From: Eledone cirrhosa
Taxonomy: Eukaryota
Length of the DNA stretch: 64,000 nucleotides
Assembly: GCA_964016885.1 (NCBI GenBank)
Contig: OZ024743.1
Coordinates: forward strand, 156,240,001-156,304,000
Direction of reading: 5' to 3'
Shown here in pieces: positions 39,582 through 52,800 of the stretch. The translations under genes were made by a program, and so were the position numbers. Within the stretch, counting starts at the first letter, position 1, and every line of letters starts with the position of its first letter. Below the pieces are notes generated by a model. That model made no database searches. It saw nothing but the letters and a program-made list of their open reading frames with translations, and had not been told where the DNA came from.

Positions 39582-39706
39582 ACATGGAACTCCTTTAACC
39601 ATCTTTTGATCTTATATTATGTATACTCCAGTCCTACAAACTGTAGAGTGCTTCTTATCCGATATCTGCATTGCTTTATTCTACTACAATAAAACTCACC
39701 TCCTAC

Positions 39707-39816
<110 letters not shown>

Positions 39817-39825
39817 CAAGCAAAA

Positions 39826-42340
39826 AGCAAAAAACAAAAACAATAACAAAGAGTGCACTACGAACAGTGTAGTATTAGGTTCACGCTTGAGAGTGGGCGG
39901 GGCTGGACGTTCCGCGCATAAGCCCTTCATCAAGAGAAAAGTCGGAAGGAAAAGAGTTCCGAGGGTGTGAGGGGGAGTGGTGCAAGACATTAAAAAGCGG
40001 GGCGGATTAAAAGGAAGGAATAAAATTAAAAGGAGGGAAAAAAGATTAAAATGAAAACAAGCGGTGAAAGAATGTGAGGCGTGTAGAGTTGATGGTGGGA
40101 GGATGGACGGGGAGAGAGGAGAAGGACATTGGGGGGAGGGCGCAAGGTGGTGTGTCTGTATGTGTGTAGGTGTACGTGTGTGTGTATCTGTGGATGTGGG
40201 TGTGAGAGTTTTGGGAAGAAGGAAATTCCAGGTTCGGGTAATAGGAAAACCAGTGTGTACATGGGGTGGGGTGTAAGTCAGTGTGTGTGTTTCTGTCGAT
40301 GAAGCGGGGTCGGAGGTGTGGGGAGATGGGGCGTGCGGAGTCTGGAGGCTGAGTTGGTGTATGTGAGGATACGCACGTCTTTGTGGTTGTGTGGTGTGGA
40401 TACGTGGGAATGTATGGTTGAATGTGTGCGAAAATAGAGTAAGTGTGTGTGTGTGTGTGTGTGTTGTTACTGAATGTTTTCCCGTTGAGTATGTGGATGG
40501 ATGATGAAAAAAATCCGGGTATAAAGAGGTAGATGTCCAAACGTGTGACCAGTGGAGTAGGATCCGTGGAATTGGTGAAAGGAAGTAGAATGCTGTGAGG
40601 CGCGCGTGCAACAGGAAGTGCTCAAGAAGGTCAAGGCAGGAGGGTGGAGAAGGCAAGGCGAAGGATGCGAGAGGTAGAGGAGATAGCAGTTAAGAGGGTG
40701 ACAGACAGGTGAGTGTTAGTTGGCAGGTGTGGCTTGTATGTGTGTATGTTTGTGCGGAGGTGCGGTGGACAGAAGAGGAGGCGGGTTAGTGTCCTTACTT
40801 GAGGGAGAGCGTGGCGCTGTCTGTGGGGTTTTTGTGCATATTAGTGGAGGAGTTATTAGGATGTGTGTGTGGAGGGGGTAGTAGTCGGGGGGAGAGAGAG
40901 AAGTTGCTGGGTACATTATGAGTGAGTGTGATATAATGGTGTGTTTGGGTGTGGGTGATTGGAATACGGGTGTAGTAGTGCGGGTGTGGAGTGGGTTGTC
41001 TATCGGTGTGTACTTGGGTGTGGGTGAGTGTATGTATGCTGAAGTGTATTCGTGTGTGCGTGGTGAGGGGGAAGGTGAGTTGGGGGATGTTTAGTATTAT
41101 TAGTGGTGGGGTGGTCGGATGTGGATGTAAATCTTGGGAGTATTTTAGAGGTGTTAGTGTGTGTAGGGGAGAGGGAGGGCAATAGTCGAAGGCTAAAGGA
41201 AGAGGGTGGGGAGTTCAGGCCAGCGGTGTGTGGGTCTGTAGGGTGAAGATGGTGTGTTGTTAGGCCCTAAGTCGGTATGCGGGTGTACGGAGCTGCGCAC
41301 GTGGAGATTGCAGAAGTTGCGTGTGCGTTTGAAGGAGAGTAGGGGTGGGGAGGTGGAGATTGCGGGGTGGAGTGGTCGGACTGGAGCCGTCGGAAGAGGC
41401 AGAGAATGGTGCGGTGGGGGTGTGGTAAGTGAGGGGAAGGGGAGAGTGGGGGTAGGGGCGAGGCGTGGAGTGGCGAAGTGCGAAGGCGCGGCTGAGGGCG
41501 GCGTGGACGTGGGAGGGGTATAACCAATCCGGATGAAATGGTTGACCATAGAAAGGGCTTGAGTTTCGAAGTCAGCATCTTCAATGCAGTGGCGGTGGAT
41601 TCGGAGGGGTTGGGAGTAGGGAATAGAGTGTTCGGTGTGTGTAGTGTGGGAGGAGGTGAAGTCGAGGTAGGAGTGGCAGCTGGTGGGTTTGAAGAAGGCG
41701 GAGGTGACGAGGGAGCGGTGGGAGTGGTCGATGGCGACGGCGATGTCCAAGAAATGGACGTGCGTGTTGGAGATAGATGTGGTGAAGTGGAGGGAGGGGT
41801 GGAAGAATCAGAAGAAGGAGAGAAAGGAGTTGAGCCGTTCTTGGGTGAGGGTCATGGCTCCGATGCAATTGTTAATGTACCGACCATTAAGTTCGGCGTG
41901 GGGCCCGGTGTATCGGGCAAAGATTTGGGCCTCGACATGGCCAACGAAAAGCTTGGCATAGTTGGGCCCATTTTGGTGCCCATGGCTACATCAGTGACCT
42001 GCTGGTATGGAGGGGACGGGGTGGCGTGTAGGTCGAGGTAGTACCGGAGCGCGCATAGGCCGTCGGCCTGGTCGCAAGACAGTGTAAAGGGACTTAATTA
42101 TATGTTGAAGAGGATGGGGTGTTTGCCGGTTGGGAAGATGAGGGAGTCAAAAAGTCGAAGGGCGTGGTTTGGTGTCGGTGATGTATGGGGGGAGGGCGGT
42201 GACGAGGGGCGGGAGAGAATGGAGTCAAGAAAGGCGGAGATGAGTTCGGTGCGGCGGTTGTAGGCGGAGACGATGGGGCGGCCGGGGTTATCGGGTTTGT
42301 GTACTTTGGGAAGGAAGTAGATGATGGGGTGCGAGGGTGC
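39826..42340 (-). mobile_element. Penelope-like element RT relic with C-rich decayed 3' half and terminal hammerhead remnant
   Basis: YFLPKVHKPDNPGRPIVS, YQQVTDVAMGTKMGPNYAKLFVG, RYINN (for YIDD), VHFLDI, KPT..HSYLDFTSSH...SIPYSQ.LRI; TTGATGAAGGGCTTATGCGCGGAACGTC at 39934-39906. Confidence 0.88.
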
Positions 42341-43211
42341 GGACGTGCGTGTCTTTTACTCTTCATTTTTCTTCTTAATATTATTAATGCAATTGTTAAC
42401 AAAAGAGCTTTATTCGATTGAATTATATGTCAATGAATTACATGTTTGAAAATATGATAAACAGAAGCACAATCCTCAGTGATTCACCATGTCAAATTAT
42501 GTATTAAAATATTTCCTGAATGCACAATTTTCCTAGTTTCCATAAAGAGACGGGTAATTCCTCAGTGAGATTTTCTTGGTTTGAATTAATTCACCAGCTC
42601 TAGAAAACTGGAGTAATTTAAAAATACTTTTCTGCACTAATATAAAATTACAAGAATAAGTATTTCAATGGATACGTCATATCTCCGAAATATGATGGGA
42701 GTTTGTTGCTACGTGTCATGTTCACAAGGATACAAAAATCCCAATTCTATAAAATAGTAATAAATCTGAATAAATATTTATCAGACACGATATAGAACTA
42801 CACACACCACAAATGATCCATTAAATGCTGCTTATTGTCCACCAATTGAATGAAAGCATAACATGTATTAAAAATCAATGAAAGTATCGACCACATGAAA
42901 AATATATATCCTTTTATTTCTCTATGCTATTGATTTCATCCCAAAAGTTGCTATCGTACTTTCAATAAAATTTTAATATCATTTGTATGAAAACCGTCAA
43001 TTCCTTATTGCTATAATAAGATTTTATGACGAGATTTTGCTAATAATAGAATTAAGGATATTGAGCAGAGAAATCACTTTCGTTTTCTACAGGAAATAAA
43101 ACCAAAATTTAAAATGCGCAAAATTAATAATGTTCTAAATAATTCTAAGTAATACATACAACGTGGTTGTTGCGTTTGCATAAGATTGCATTTACTTGAA
43201 ATATTCCTACT

Positions 43212-43324
<113 letters not shown>

Positions 43325-43639
43325 ATATATTTAAAAGTTAAACAAGTTTCAATGAATATATCAAAGAATGGATTTTACAATAGATTGGAACCACTCAACA
43401 GTTTGGTTTTCCAGAGTTATTAATGTTAATTCAAAATATTAACAAAATAGATATTCTTGTGATCAAGTATATTTTATTATAAATATTTCTGAAATATGTA
43501 TAATAAAATATACTTGATCACAAGAATATATATTTTGTTAACATTTTGAATTAATATATATATATATATATATACAATTACCGTTTTATTTCTCACCCTA
43601 TTACAGCTAATACATAAATGTAAGTATACACACACACAG

Positions 43640-43680
<41 letters not shown>

Positions 43681-44110
43681 AACATACACACTCATATAAT
43701 ACATATGTGCATATGGGTTATATCGAACAGTAATAATAATGTTCGATTCATTTGTAAACATTTGTAGTGCGAGAAATGAAATTCTAATTAACTTTCTAAT
43801 ATTGGGCAAGTCCAGCTGTAACTCGCTCGGTATGCAAATGAGGCTACTCAGCCGACGTGTACTTAAGAAAAATACCATAGATATCCAACCGTCCAACAGA
43901 ATGGCAGAGGTGTATAGTACTGATGAAGAGTAATGACCAAGAAACGTGTTGATTGTTTTCTCAAAGACAGTGTTCAACAAAGAGGTGACGATATATCACA
44001 GGTAAGGTACACCTTCAAATTGGGCCGTTTGTTTACACATGAATTGAACAGTATTATTGATGTTTGATGTAACCCATATGTATATGTATATATGTGTACG
44101 TATATATACC

Positions 44111-44162
<52 letters not shown>

Positions 44163-44175
44163 AGAGAGAGAGAGA

Positions 44176-44206
<31 letters not shown>

Positions 44207-44823
44207 CGTGTTTAACTAGAATGATATGTCTCAAAACGGTATTGTTTCTAATAGTGATTCAGTTCCATCAGCAGAGGTTGATAACTAACAGGTTCACATA
44301 CTAGGAAATAAATTAACCCCAGTTAAAAAAGAAATATCTATAAAAAAAACATCAAAAACGAGACAAAAGGCAGCAGAAATAGTAAAGAATATGATCATAT
44401 TAAGTCGTGATAAACGGCGACCTCTTTCCATTACCACTTTAGGAAAATAGTGATGATAAATAGCATGTCTAATAATGTCCATTATCAAATAGAGAGTGGA
44501 GTAAATGACATAAATCAATAATATCGTGAGATCACATTCTCCAACAATAAAAGTTTTTTATAACATTGTACCGATTTGTTCCTTTTATATTCACATGGAT
44601 GCAGCAAACGTAAAAGTTGTATTTATATTTTTTATGGAATAGTCCCATAAGTATACTATTTAATAAATAAAAAATATTATAAAAAAAAATGCAGCGAACT
44701 CTACAATTAGGAAATATTTTACATGCATATAATAAACATTTAATATATAGGCATATATGTGTTTGTGTGTGTGTTTGTGTACATACATACATGTGCGTCT
44801 GCATGCTAATATGTATCTATACC

Positions 44824-44860
<37 letters not shown>

Positions 44861-45858
44861 ATATATATATATACAAAATATATATATTTATTAATCTTAT
44901 CCCTTGTTGCCAGATTCAATGGTAAATGCCTAATATTTCTTCCATTATATTTTATGATGCTCAACTTTGACGGTTTTCTTTCTTACCGGCGATAAATTCA
45001 CAACCTAACCTGTATACCACTCTGTCTAACACAAGCCCACAGGTACAATTTTATTCATGCACTTATTCATGAACCCACATTCATTCTCGCAGTGGAAAAT
45101 AAATTACGATGCCATATGTATCTCAATGAAACTGTCTGCGATATTGGTCAAATATACATAACTTCATACAGCTTTTTTTTTATTCCAAATGGGAATAGAA
45201 TGTGAGACAAAAATCAATAAAGAAGTATTGCAGTTTTCTGTTTTAAGAGGCGCGGACCGAAACATGAATTGCAAGGGTTGTAAAACGATTGATCAGTGTA
45301 AAATTTAATGATATAACAGAGTTAATAAACTTTAAGAACTATAAATAATAACCATAGACTGAATAGCCTGACTCATTTAATGTACTGCCCTACTGCCAAC
45401 CCCTACTGATACCATCAATGTACCTCTCTCTCCCAGTCCCAGGACTTGCCTACGTTAATGTTCGTGCAGTATATGCCTTCCTGATAAGGAAATATTAACA
45501 TCTCTTCAATGGCAGGAATATAAAGAACAAAATCCAAAGTTTATTTTTATTTACATTTACACATATGTCTATCGATAACGTAATCTAGTATACTTGTTAA
45601 AAACGACATTGCTACCATTGAAATGTACATAGCGAGTATGATATAGGGAAATACAATGATGTTGAATATGCGATACCATCTCTCTTCCTTTCCTTTATCT
45701 ATATAGACACACACACAGATACACAGACACACATACACACAGACACCCCCCACACAAACACACATATATATATATATATTTTTTTTTCCATTTTGACGTT
45801 ATAGTCACTTATATATTATGAAATACTGTTGGCTTCACGCTCACAATAATTTCTATAC

Positions 45859-45942
<84 letters not shown>

Positions 45943-46018
45943 CGAAGGAAATGTGGTAAGGAACCAGGTGGACCATAACGCACAAAAGTACTCAATATTT
46001 AGGGTAGTAGAGTGGGTA

Positions 46019-46137
46019 ATAGGAACGAGTAGGACCCCGACGGCTGAGCTCAGGCCGTTTTGACGGCTAATTCTGGAATTGCGTCCAGAACTAGCCGTCG
46101 AAACAGCCTGAGCTCAGCCGTCGGGGTTCTACTCGTT

Positions 46138-46142
<5 letters not shown>
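46019..46142. repeat. GC-rich fold-back (59-bp arms, 6-nt loop)
   Basis: Arms 46019-46077 and 46084-46142; 4 transition mismatches; right arm runs into (TA)n. Confidence 0.95.
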
Positions 46143-46203
<61 letters not shown>

Positions 46204-46210
46204 CGTGTGT

Positions 46211-46253
<43 letters not shown>

Positions 46254-46254
46254 A

Positions 46255-47054
46255 ATAATATTAATAAATGGAAACTATCTGGAAAGGTACAAATGAAGTA
46301 ATATATTGGTTCGCAGACATTAAATTAAGACATAGAAAACAATTTATACAAATGGATATTGCTAATTACTACTCCTTAATTACGCCTAACTTTTTAAATA
46401 AGGCACTTATTTACGCTTCAAAATATACTGACTTATCTAGTGATGAAACTAATATAATTTTAACCGCAAGTAAAACCCTAATTGAATTTAATAACCATCT
46501 CTGGACAAAAGCTGATAGACAGAAGAAATTTGATATCACTATGGGATCATCTGATTCAGCCCAAATAACAGACCTCGTTGGAATATTTATTCTTAATGTA
46601 CTACATAGAAACATCCCAGAGATGGCCGGAGGTTTATATCGCGACGATATGTTACTTATAGTGGATAACCATAGCAATAGCGAACTTAGTAGGAAAAAGA
46701 AAATTATCATAGAATTGTTCAATAATTATAACCTTAAATTAGACATTGAGAATAATAAAAAAAAACTGTAACTTCTTAGACGTCACTTTAAACCTTAGCT
46801 CAGGACTATATTACCTTTTCCATAAAAGTAATGAAAACCTAACCTATGTAAGCTTCCATTCTACCCATCCTAGACATTTCAAAAATGCTATTGTCAATAG
46901 TGTCCAGCAACGAATTTCCCGCATTTCAGCCAATAAAAATATTTTTGATAATAAGGCAGAATATTAATTACAATGATGCTTTACATAGAGTTGATTACAG
47001 AATAAAATTAAATACTTAGATAACAATAATATGCAACATCATTCTAAAATATAC

Positions 47055-47086
<32 letters not shown>

Positions 47087-47087
47087 G
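46255..47087 (+). mobile_element. Penelope-like element, RT half (interrupted at an (AAT)n linker)
   Basis: FIQMDIANYYS, FDITMGSSDSAQITDLVG, GLYRDD, NFLDVTLNL, YVSFHSTHP. Confidence 0.9.
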
Positions 47088-47251
47088 GGAAGAAGACGCA
47101 CGAGGTGACGGAGGTCATGAAATCGCTCCCGTAAGTTTTGAATTTTTAACATATTTAAATCATTTGTGAAATAACAACTCTTAGTACAAATGCTACGTAA
47201 AGCACCCGGCTTGAGCCCCAAAAAATTCGGACCCAAAATATATTGTTATAA

Positions 47252-47899
47252 GGCTCAAATATTCAAATATTCAACTTTGTATTGTACACTGTATATCCAA
47301 AAAAAAAAAAAAAATGGCTATAAATGGAAGAAGAAGACCCCCCCCCTTCTCTCCTCTGGCTACACTATATAGGACAGCTAAACTCACCAACACCAGAAAC
47401 TAGATACACCACCCACCCCATCATCTGTGTACACTAAACACAACAGCATTTTCACCTTCACCGCCACCGCTCACTACGGCCATCATTACCACCACTATCC
47501 CATCACCGCCGCCACCACCCCTTGACTCCTTCACTGCTGCTGCCACCGCTACAGCACCATCACTACAGTAATACGGCTCAAATATTCAAATATTCAACTT
47601 TGTATTGTACACTGTATATCCAAAAAAAAATAAAATGGCTATAAATGGAAGAAGAAGAACCCCCCCCCCCCTCCTCTCCTCTGGCTACACTATATAGGAC
47701 AGCTAAACTCACCAACACCAGAAACTAGATACACCACCCACCCCATCTTCTGTGTACACTAAACACAACAGCATTTTCACCTTCACCGCCACCGCTCACT
47801 ACGGCCATCATTACCACCACTATCCCATCACCGCCGCCACCACCCCTTGACTCCTTCACTGCTGCTGCCACCGCTACAGCACCATCACTACAGTAATAC
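47252..47899 (+). repeat. Near-identical tandem duplication (~324-bp unit)
   Basis: GGCTCAAATATTCAAATATTC...CACTACAGTAATAC starts at 47252 and 47575. Confidence 0.95.
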
Positions 47900-48329
47900 G
47901 GTCGCATCACCGCCACCACTGCCTCGGTATCGACATCACATCACCACCACCACTGTCTCAGTATCGCCAACGCCGCCAGTCTCTGCTGGCTGCCACTTCC
48001 ACATTATAGAATTCCTACTACTAACAAAGAGGAAGGCATCAAAATATATAGATAGACTCAAAAGAAAAAAGAAAAAACAAACAACAAAACCAAAGCAACA
48101 CAGCAACAACAGCAGAAAAAAAAAAAAAAAAAAAAAAAAACGAGAAAAACAAACAGAGAAAAACAAAAACAAAAAAAGAAACCCCCAAAACGTAAAGAAA
48201 ATAAGAATGAAGAGAGAAGCAGGCGGACGGACAGAGAAGAGGGGGGAAAAAGTAAAACTTAAAAAACAAAAACTAAGTCAGACATTCGAATACTACATTA
48301 CAATGAAACTTATGCTTATTCATTTTTGG

Positions 48330-51300
48330 GGCCCTTTCTGCCCGTGTGTCTGTTTGTTTATGTGTGTCCGTATACAGCGTGGTGATAATGCCACACAAGG
48401 GCCAAGTGGGATGGCGGATCCACAGATGGCTATGTAAACATACGTTCGCCAATCCTCGATAAGAGTGTTTAAATATCGAACATAAACAGTTCGAATAACG
48501 GTGAAATGGAGACTAGAACGTCATGTGACAGACTCTCACCCAACAGGTGCCCCCTGGCTCAGCAGCAGGAACCTGACTGTCAACCAAATACTGCTGATGT
48601 TGGAGGAAGAAGAAGAAGGAAAGGGGCCAGAACCAACTGGACGAAAGAATTGAATAGAACTGTTATGCAATGCTACCTGAAAAGTAACCCCAAGGAGAGG
48701 GGCTACAGGAGACGGATGCATAACATCTGGAACGAGATTGGTTTATTTAAATTAGATGAACAAAAATTGGCCGGGCAGGCTCGGGTAATAAGAACTAATG
48801 GGTGGATAAGCGAGCGGGAACTGGAGGAACTGAGCAGAGAGAATGGCTTGGAGATGGCGGGTGTAGTATGCCAGACAAGTGAGCCAGTGGGAAATGAAGG
48901 TGAAGAGGTTCTGAGAACGGAGGAACCACCCGAAGCAGACAATGATCTGAATACTGAGATAAATAATACATGGAACAGAGATACGGCCACTGAGGAGATG
49001 AATGCTGACGGGCTAGGACAAGATTCGGTTGACATCCTAAATTTAGTGGTAGATGAGTTGAACAATGATAGTGGGAGACCTATGAACCTAAGATTTGTAG
49101 ACAGGAAAAAGTTAGAAGAAACAACAGCTAAGGTAAACAAAGTCATCCCATACCTTGAGGCGAGGAGTCTTCACCAGTGCAACAATATCCTCAAAGCAAC
49201 AGCAAATACGGTGAGGAAACTACTTGGTATAAAAGCGAGAGGAAACAACAGACAAGAAAGAGCAGAGCCGTGGTGGAAGAAGCGACTGAGTGGGCACATC
49301 GGGGAAATGAGAAATGACATAGGAAAGCTTGAGTCACTACTGAATGGGACACTAAAAAACATAGGCACTAAAAATAGACTGGAAATAAAATACAAAACTA
49401 GGAGTAAAAAGCTAAATATTATCATAGAGGAATTGAAGCAACGCATTGTAGCAAAGAGTGCCAAAATCAGGCGATACGAGAACAGAGTCAGTCAGTATAA
49501 ACAGAACCGCATGTTCGACAACAACCAGAAGATGCTGTTTGGACAGCTTGAGGGGAAAGAAAGAGGCAACGACTTGATCCCTGGGGCGGAACAAGCTAAA
49601 ACATTCTGGAGAGGAATATGGGAGCAGGATGTTAGACACAATGCCCAGGCAGGGTGGATTGAGACAGTACAGAGGGAGATCGGTGAGCAGGCACAACAAC
49701 AGACTGATTTGAGTATCACAGTTGAAACTCTTAAGGGGCAAGCCAAAAAACTAACCAACTGGAAATCACAAGGCCCAGATGGTGTGCAGGGGTATTGGAT
49801 TAAACATTTAACATCCCTCCACCCGAAGCTGACGGCCATGTTCAATGACTGCTTGGTGTCGGGTGAGGTGCCAGAGTGGTTGACAAAAGGTACCACAGTT
49901 CTGATAATGAAAGACCGAAGCAAGGGTAATGATGTTACCAACTATAGACCTATCACATGTCTGCCCGTAATGTGGAAACTGTTGACGAGCATTGTGTCTG
50001 AGGAAATCTACCATCACCTCCACACAAACAACTTGTTACCGGACGAACAGAAAGGATGCCGAAAGAAGTCACGTGGTACAAAGGACCAGTTGCTTATTGA
50101 TAAGATGGTAATGGGGAATTGCAGGAGGAGACACACTGATCTTGCCATGGGATGGATAGACTACAGAAAGGCATTTGACATGGTGCCTCATTCCTGGATC
50201 ACCAAAAGCCTGGAGATCTTCAGGGTGGCAGATAACATCAGACAGTTGCTGAGCAGGAGTATGGGGTCCTGGGAGACAGAGTCGACATCAACTGGAGTAT
50301 CCTTGGGAAGCGTGAAGATCAAGAGAGGTATCTTCCAGGGAGATAGCCTGTCCCCTCTGTTGTTTGTCCTTGCCCTGATGCCCTTGACCATTATGCTGCG
50401 AAAAGTGAGAGCAGGATACAAGTTGGGAAGGGGAGAGCTTACCATCAATCACCTCCTCTTCATGGACGATCTTAAGCTCTTCGGGAAAAGTGAGAAGGAG
50501 TTGGATGTGCTTGTTGACACTGTCCGTATTTTCAGCAGTGATATATGTATGCAGTTTGGTATTGGTAAATGTGGAGTCATTGTGATGAGGAGGGGTAGGT
50601 GGAGCAGAAGTAACGGGATCCAGATACCAACAGGTGAGATGATAAAGGAAATTGACTCTGAGGAAGGATACAAGTATTTGGGCGTTCTGGAGGCTGATGG
50701 CATAAAGAACAAAAAAATGAAGGAATTGTTAAGAACTGAATACATTCGGAGAGTAAGGAGCGTATTGAAGTCACATCTGAACAGCAGAAATGCCATAAGC
50801 GCAGTAAATTCCCGAGCTGTGTCTATTATTAGGTACAGTGCGGGAATTCTGAGATGGAATGTTGCTGAACAAAAAGAAATGGATAGGAAGACTAGGAAGC
50901 TATTGACTATCTACAACATGTTCCACAAGAGGAGTAATGTCGATAGAATCTACCTAAGGAGATCTGAGGGTGGAAGAGGTCTTATCAGCATAGAGGACTG
51001 CGTTCAGATGGAGAAAAACAACCTATACAAATACGTGACCTATAGTAAGGAGCCAATGCTCAGAGCTGTACTGAAGGAGGGGACAGTAGGCCAGGGGATG
51101 TCCAAGGAGGAAATAACATCAAGGAGGAAGAGCAGCCTTAAGGGAAAATCCCTTCATAGTACCTTCTTTGAGAAAACTGAATTTAGAAATCCACAGACAT
51201 GGAACTGGTTGAGAAGAGGAGACCTCAAAAGGGCTACAGAAGGAATGCTAATGGCTGCGCAGGAGCAGGCCCTCAAAACGAAGTGGTTGAAGCACCATAT

Positions 51301-51975
51301 CTACAAGTAGGAGGCTAGCCCACTGTGCAGGATCTGTGGAGAGAGAGAGGAGACTGTGGCCCACATTGTGTCCGAGTGTAAACACCTAGCCCAGACCCAC
51401 TATAAGGGCTGGAGACACGATGTGATGGGCAGGGTGATCCATTGGCACCTGTGCAAAGTAAACAATCTACCACATTCTGAGAAATGGTATGAGCATAGGC
51501 CAGAGGCGGTGATGGAGAACAGTCAGGTGAAGGTGCTGTGGGATTTTAGGATACAGACGGACAAAAAACTGGAACACAATAGACCTGACCTGGTGGTTGT
51601 GGACAAAGAAAAAAGATCGTGCCTGATTGTGGATGTGGCCTGCCCGTTCGACACGAGAGTGCAAGAGAAGGAGAGGGAGAAAATTAACCGATACCAGGAC
51701 CTAAAGTGGGAGGTGAAAAGGATTTGAAACTGCCATGAAGTCAAAGTGATCCCGATTGTCATAGGCGCACTGGGGACTATCTCCAAAGGTTTCCAGGGAT
51801 GGTTAAAGAAAATCGGCCCCTTCACGCTTTTTGGAACGCTTCAAAAGGCATGCTTGCTTGGAACGGCAAGAACCCTCCGATACGTCCTGAATATCTGAGG
51901 CTGCAGGTAGTGGCTTGATATTCAATCCAACGGACTTTCCAGTTAACCAACATCAATGACTGAGATTCAAGGAAT
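48330..51975 (+). mobile_element. R4/Dong-clade retrotransposon, near intact (Dong copy 3); the insertion may extend 5' to 47088
   Basis: Single-frame ORF with RT, CCHC and RLE; short 3' UTR followed by (AAT)n. Confidence 0.95.
48506..51898 (+). pseudogene. R4/Dong polyprotein, 1130 codons in one frame with two nonsense codons (TAG 51308, TGA 51725)
   Basis: N-terminal RTNWTKELN..VMQCY..S.P..RGYRRRM..IW motif, RT HLLFMDD, CCHC, RLE RPD..D...EKINRY; the stop positions are GAG and TGG in copies 1 and 2. Confidence 0.93.
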
Positions 51976-51984
51976 AACAATAAC

Positions 51985-52037
<53 letters not shown>

Positions 52038-52800
52038 GCAATTTAACATAAATAGTAATTCAAACAAAAGAACTAGAAGTAGAAATATTATTTGGTACTG
52101 TCCCTCAATCTCATTAGGAGTTAAAACGCCTGTAGTAAACCTATTTTTCAAAGCATTAGATAAGTGTTTTCCTAAAACCCATAGATACCACTCTATTTTT
52201 AACAGACATACTATCAAACTATATTACTCTAATACTATGAACATAGCGCAACATTTTAATGGAATTAATAATAGAAACTTAAATTTAAACCCAACCCAAA
52301 TAAACGATAACAATATTAATATTACTAATAACAGTATTAATAATAATAATAATCGTACTGTTCCTGTAGCAACAACTCTAGAAAATATAACTGTAGAAAA
52401 GAATTAAATTGCCCTTTAAAGAATAATTGTCTAGATAAAAACTTAGTAATAAATGCACAGTAAAAACTAGAGATAAAATATATAACTAGCCATTTCTACA
52501 AATTTAAGCAAGGCTGTATAATCACAAACATACATTTAATAGATCAGACACAAAATTGTCAACATCATTTTCACATCTAATTTGGTACTTAAAAGACAAT
52601 AATATCGATTATTCAATATCTTAGGGAACGATTTCGAAAGCGCCCACTACCGAAATATGGCTCTCTCAGGATTTTGTCATTTTTGTATTGAGGAAATATT
52701 ACATATACTTACCAATCAAAACTCTATAAATAAAAAGAAAGATTTATTCACCTCTTGCAAACATCGTCAATCTAAGACGTTCAGAAGAATCTATAATCTA
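52038..52800 (+). mobile_element. Penelope-like element, linker + GIY-YIG half (continuation of 46255-47087)
   Basis: RTRSRNIIWYCP.IS..VKT...F.KALDKCFPK.HRYH.IFNR.TIKLYYS, CPLKNNCL, RLYNHKHTF, IWYLKD, C.FC.EE, CKH. Confidence 0.85.

Larger units (their letters stand above)
39285..39620. repeat. Spacer-less 336-bp palindrome (168-bp arms)
   Basis: Centre CAACAT|ATGTTG between 39452 and 39453; no indels; about 3 mismatches by eye. Confidence 0.95.

Noticed and set aside
43915-43955. CTGATGA...GAAACGTGTT hammerhead-like motif
   Set aside because: No stem II or stem I pairing
43770-45250. Possible very old PLE RT and GIY-YIG traces on the minus strand (CDISS..., NCTCG...)
   Set aside because: Similarity too weak to call without a profile search
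47847-48437. 196-aa Lys-rich ORF upstream of Dong as an ORF1
   Set aside because: Arises from poly-A and CAC low complexity; R4/Dong elements are single-ORF
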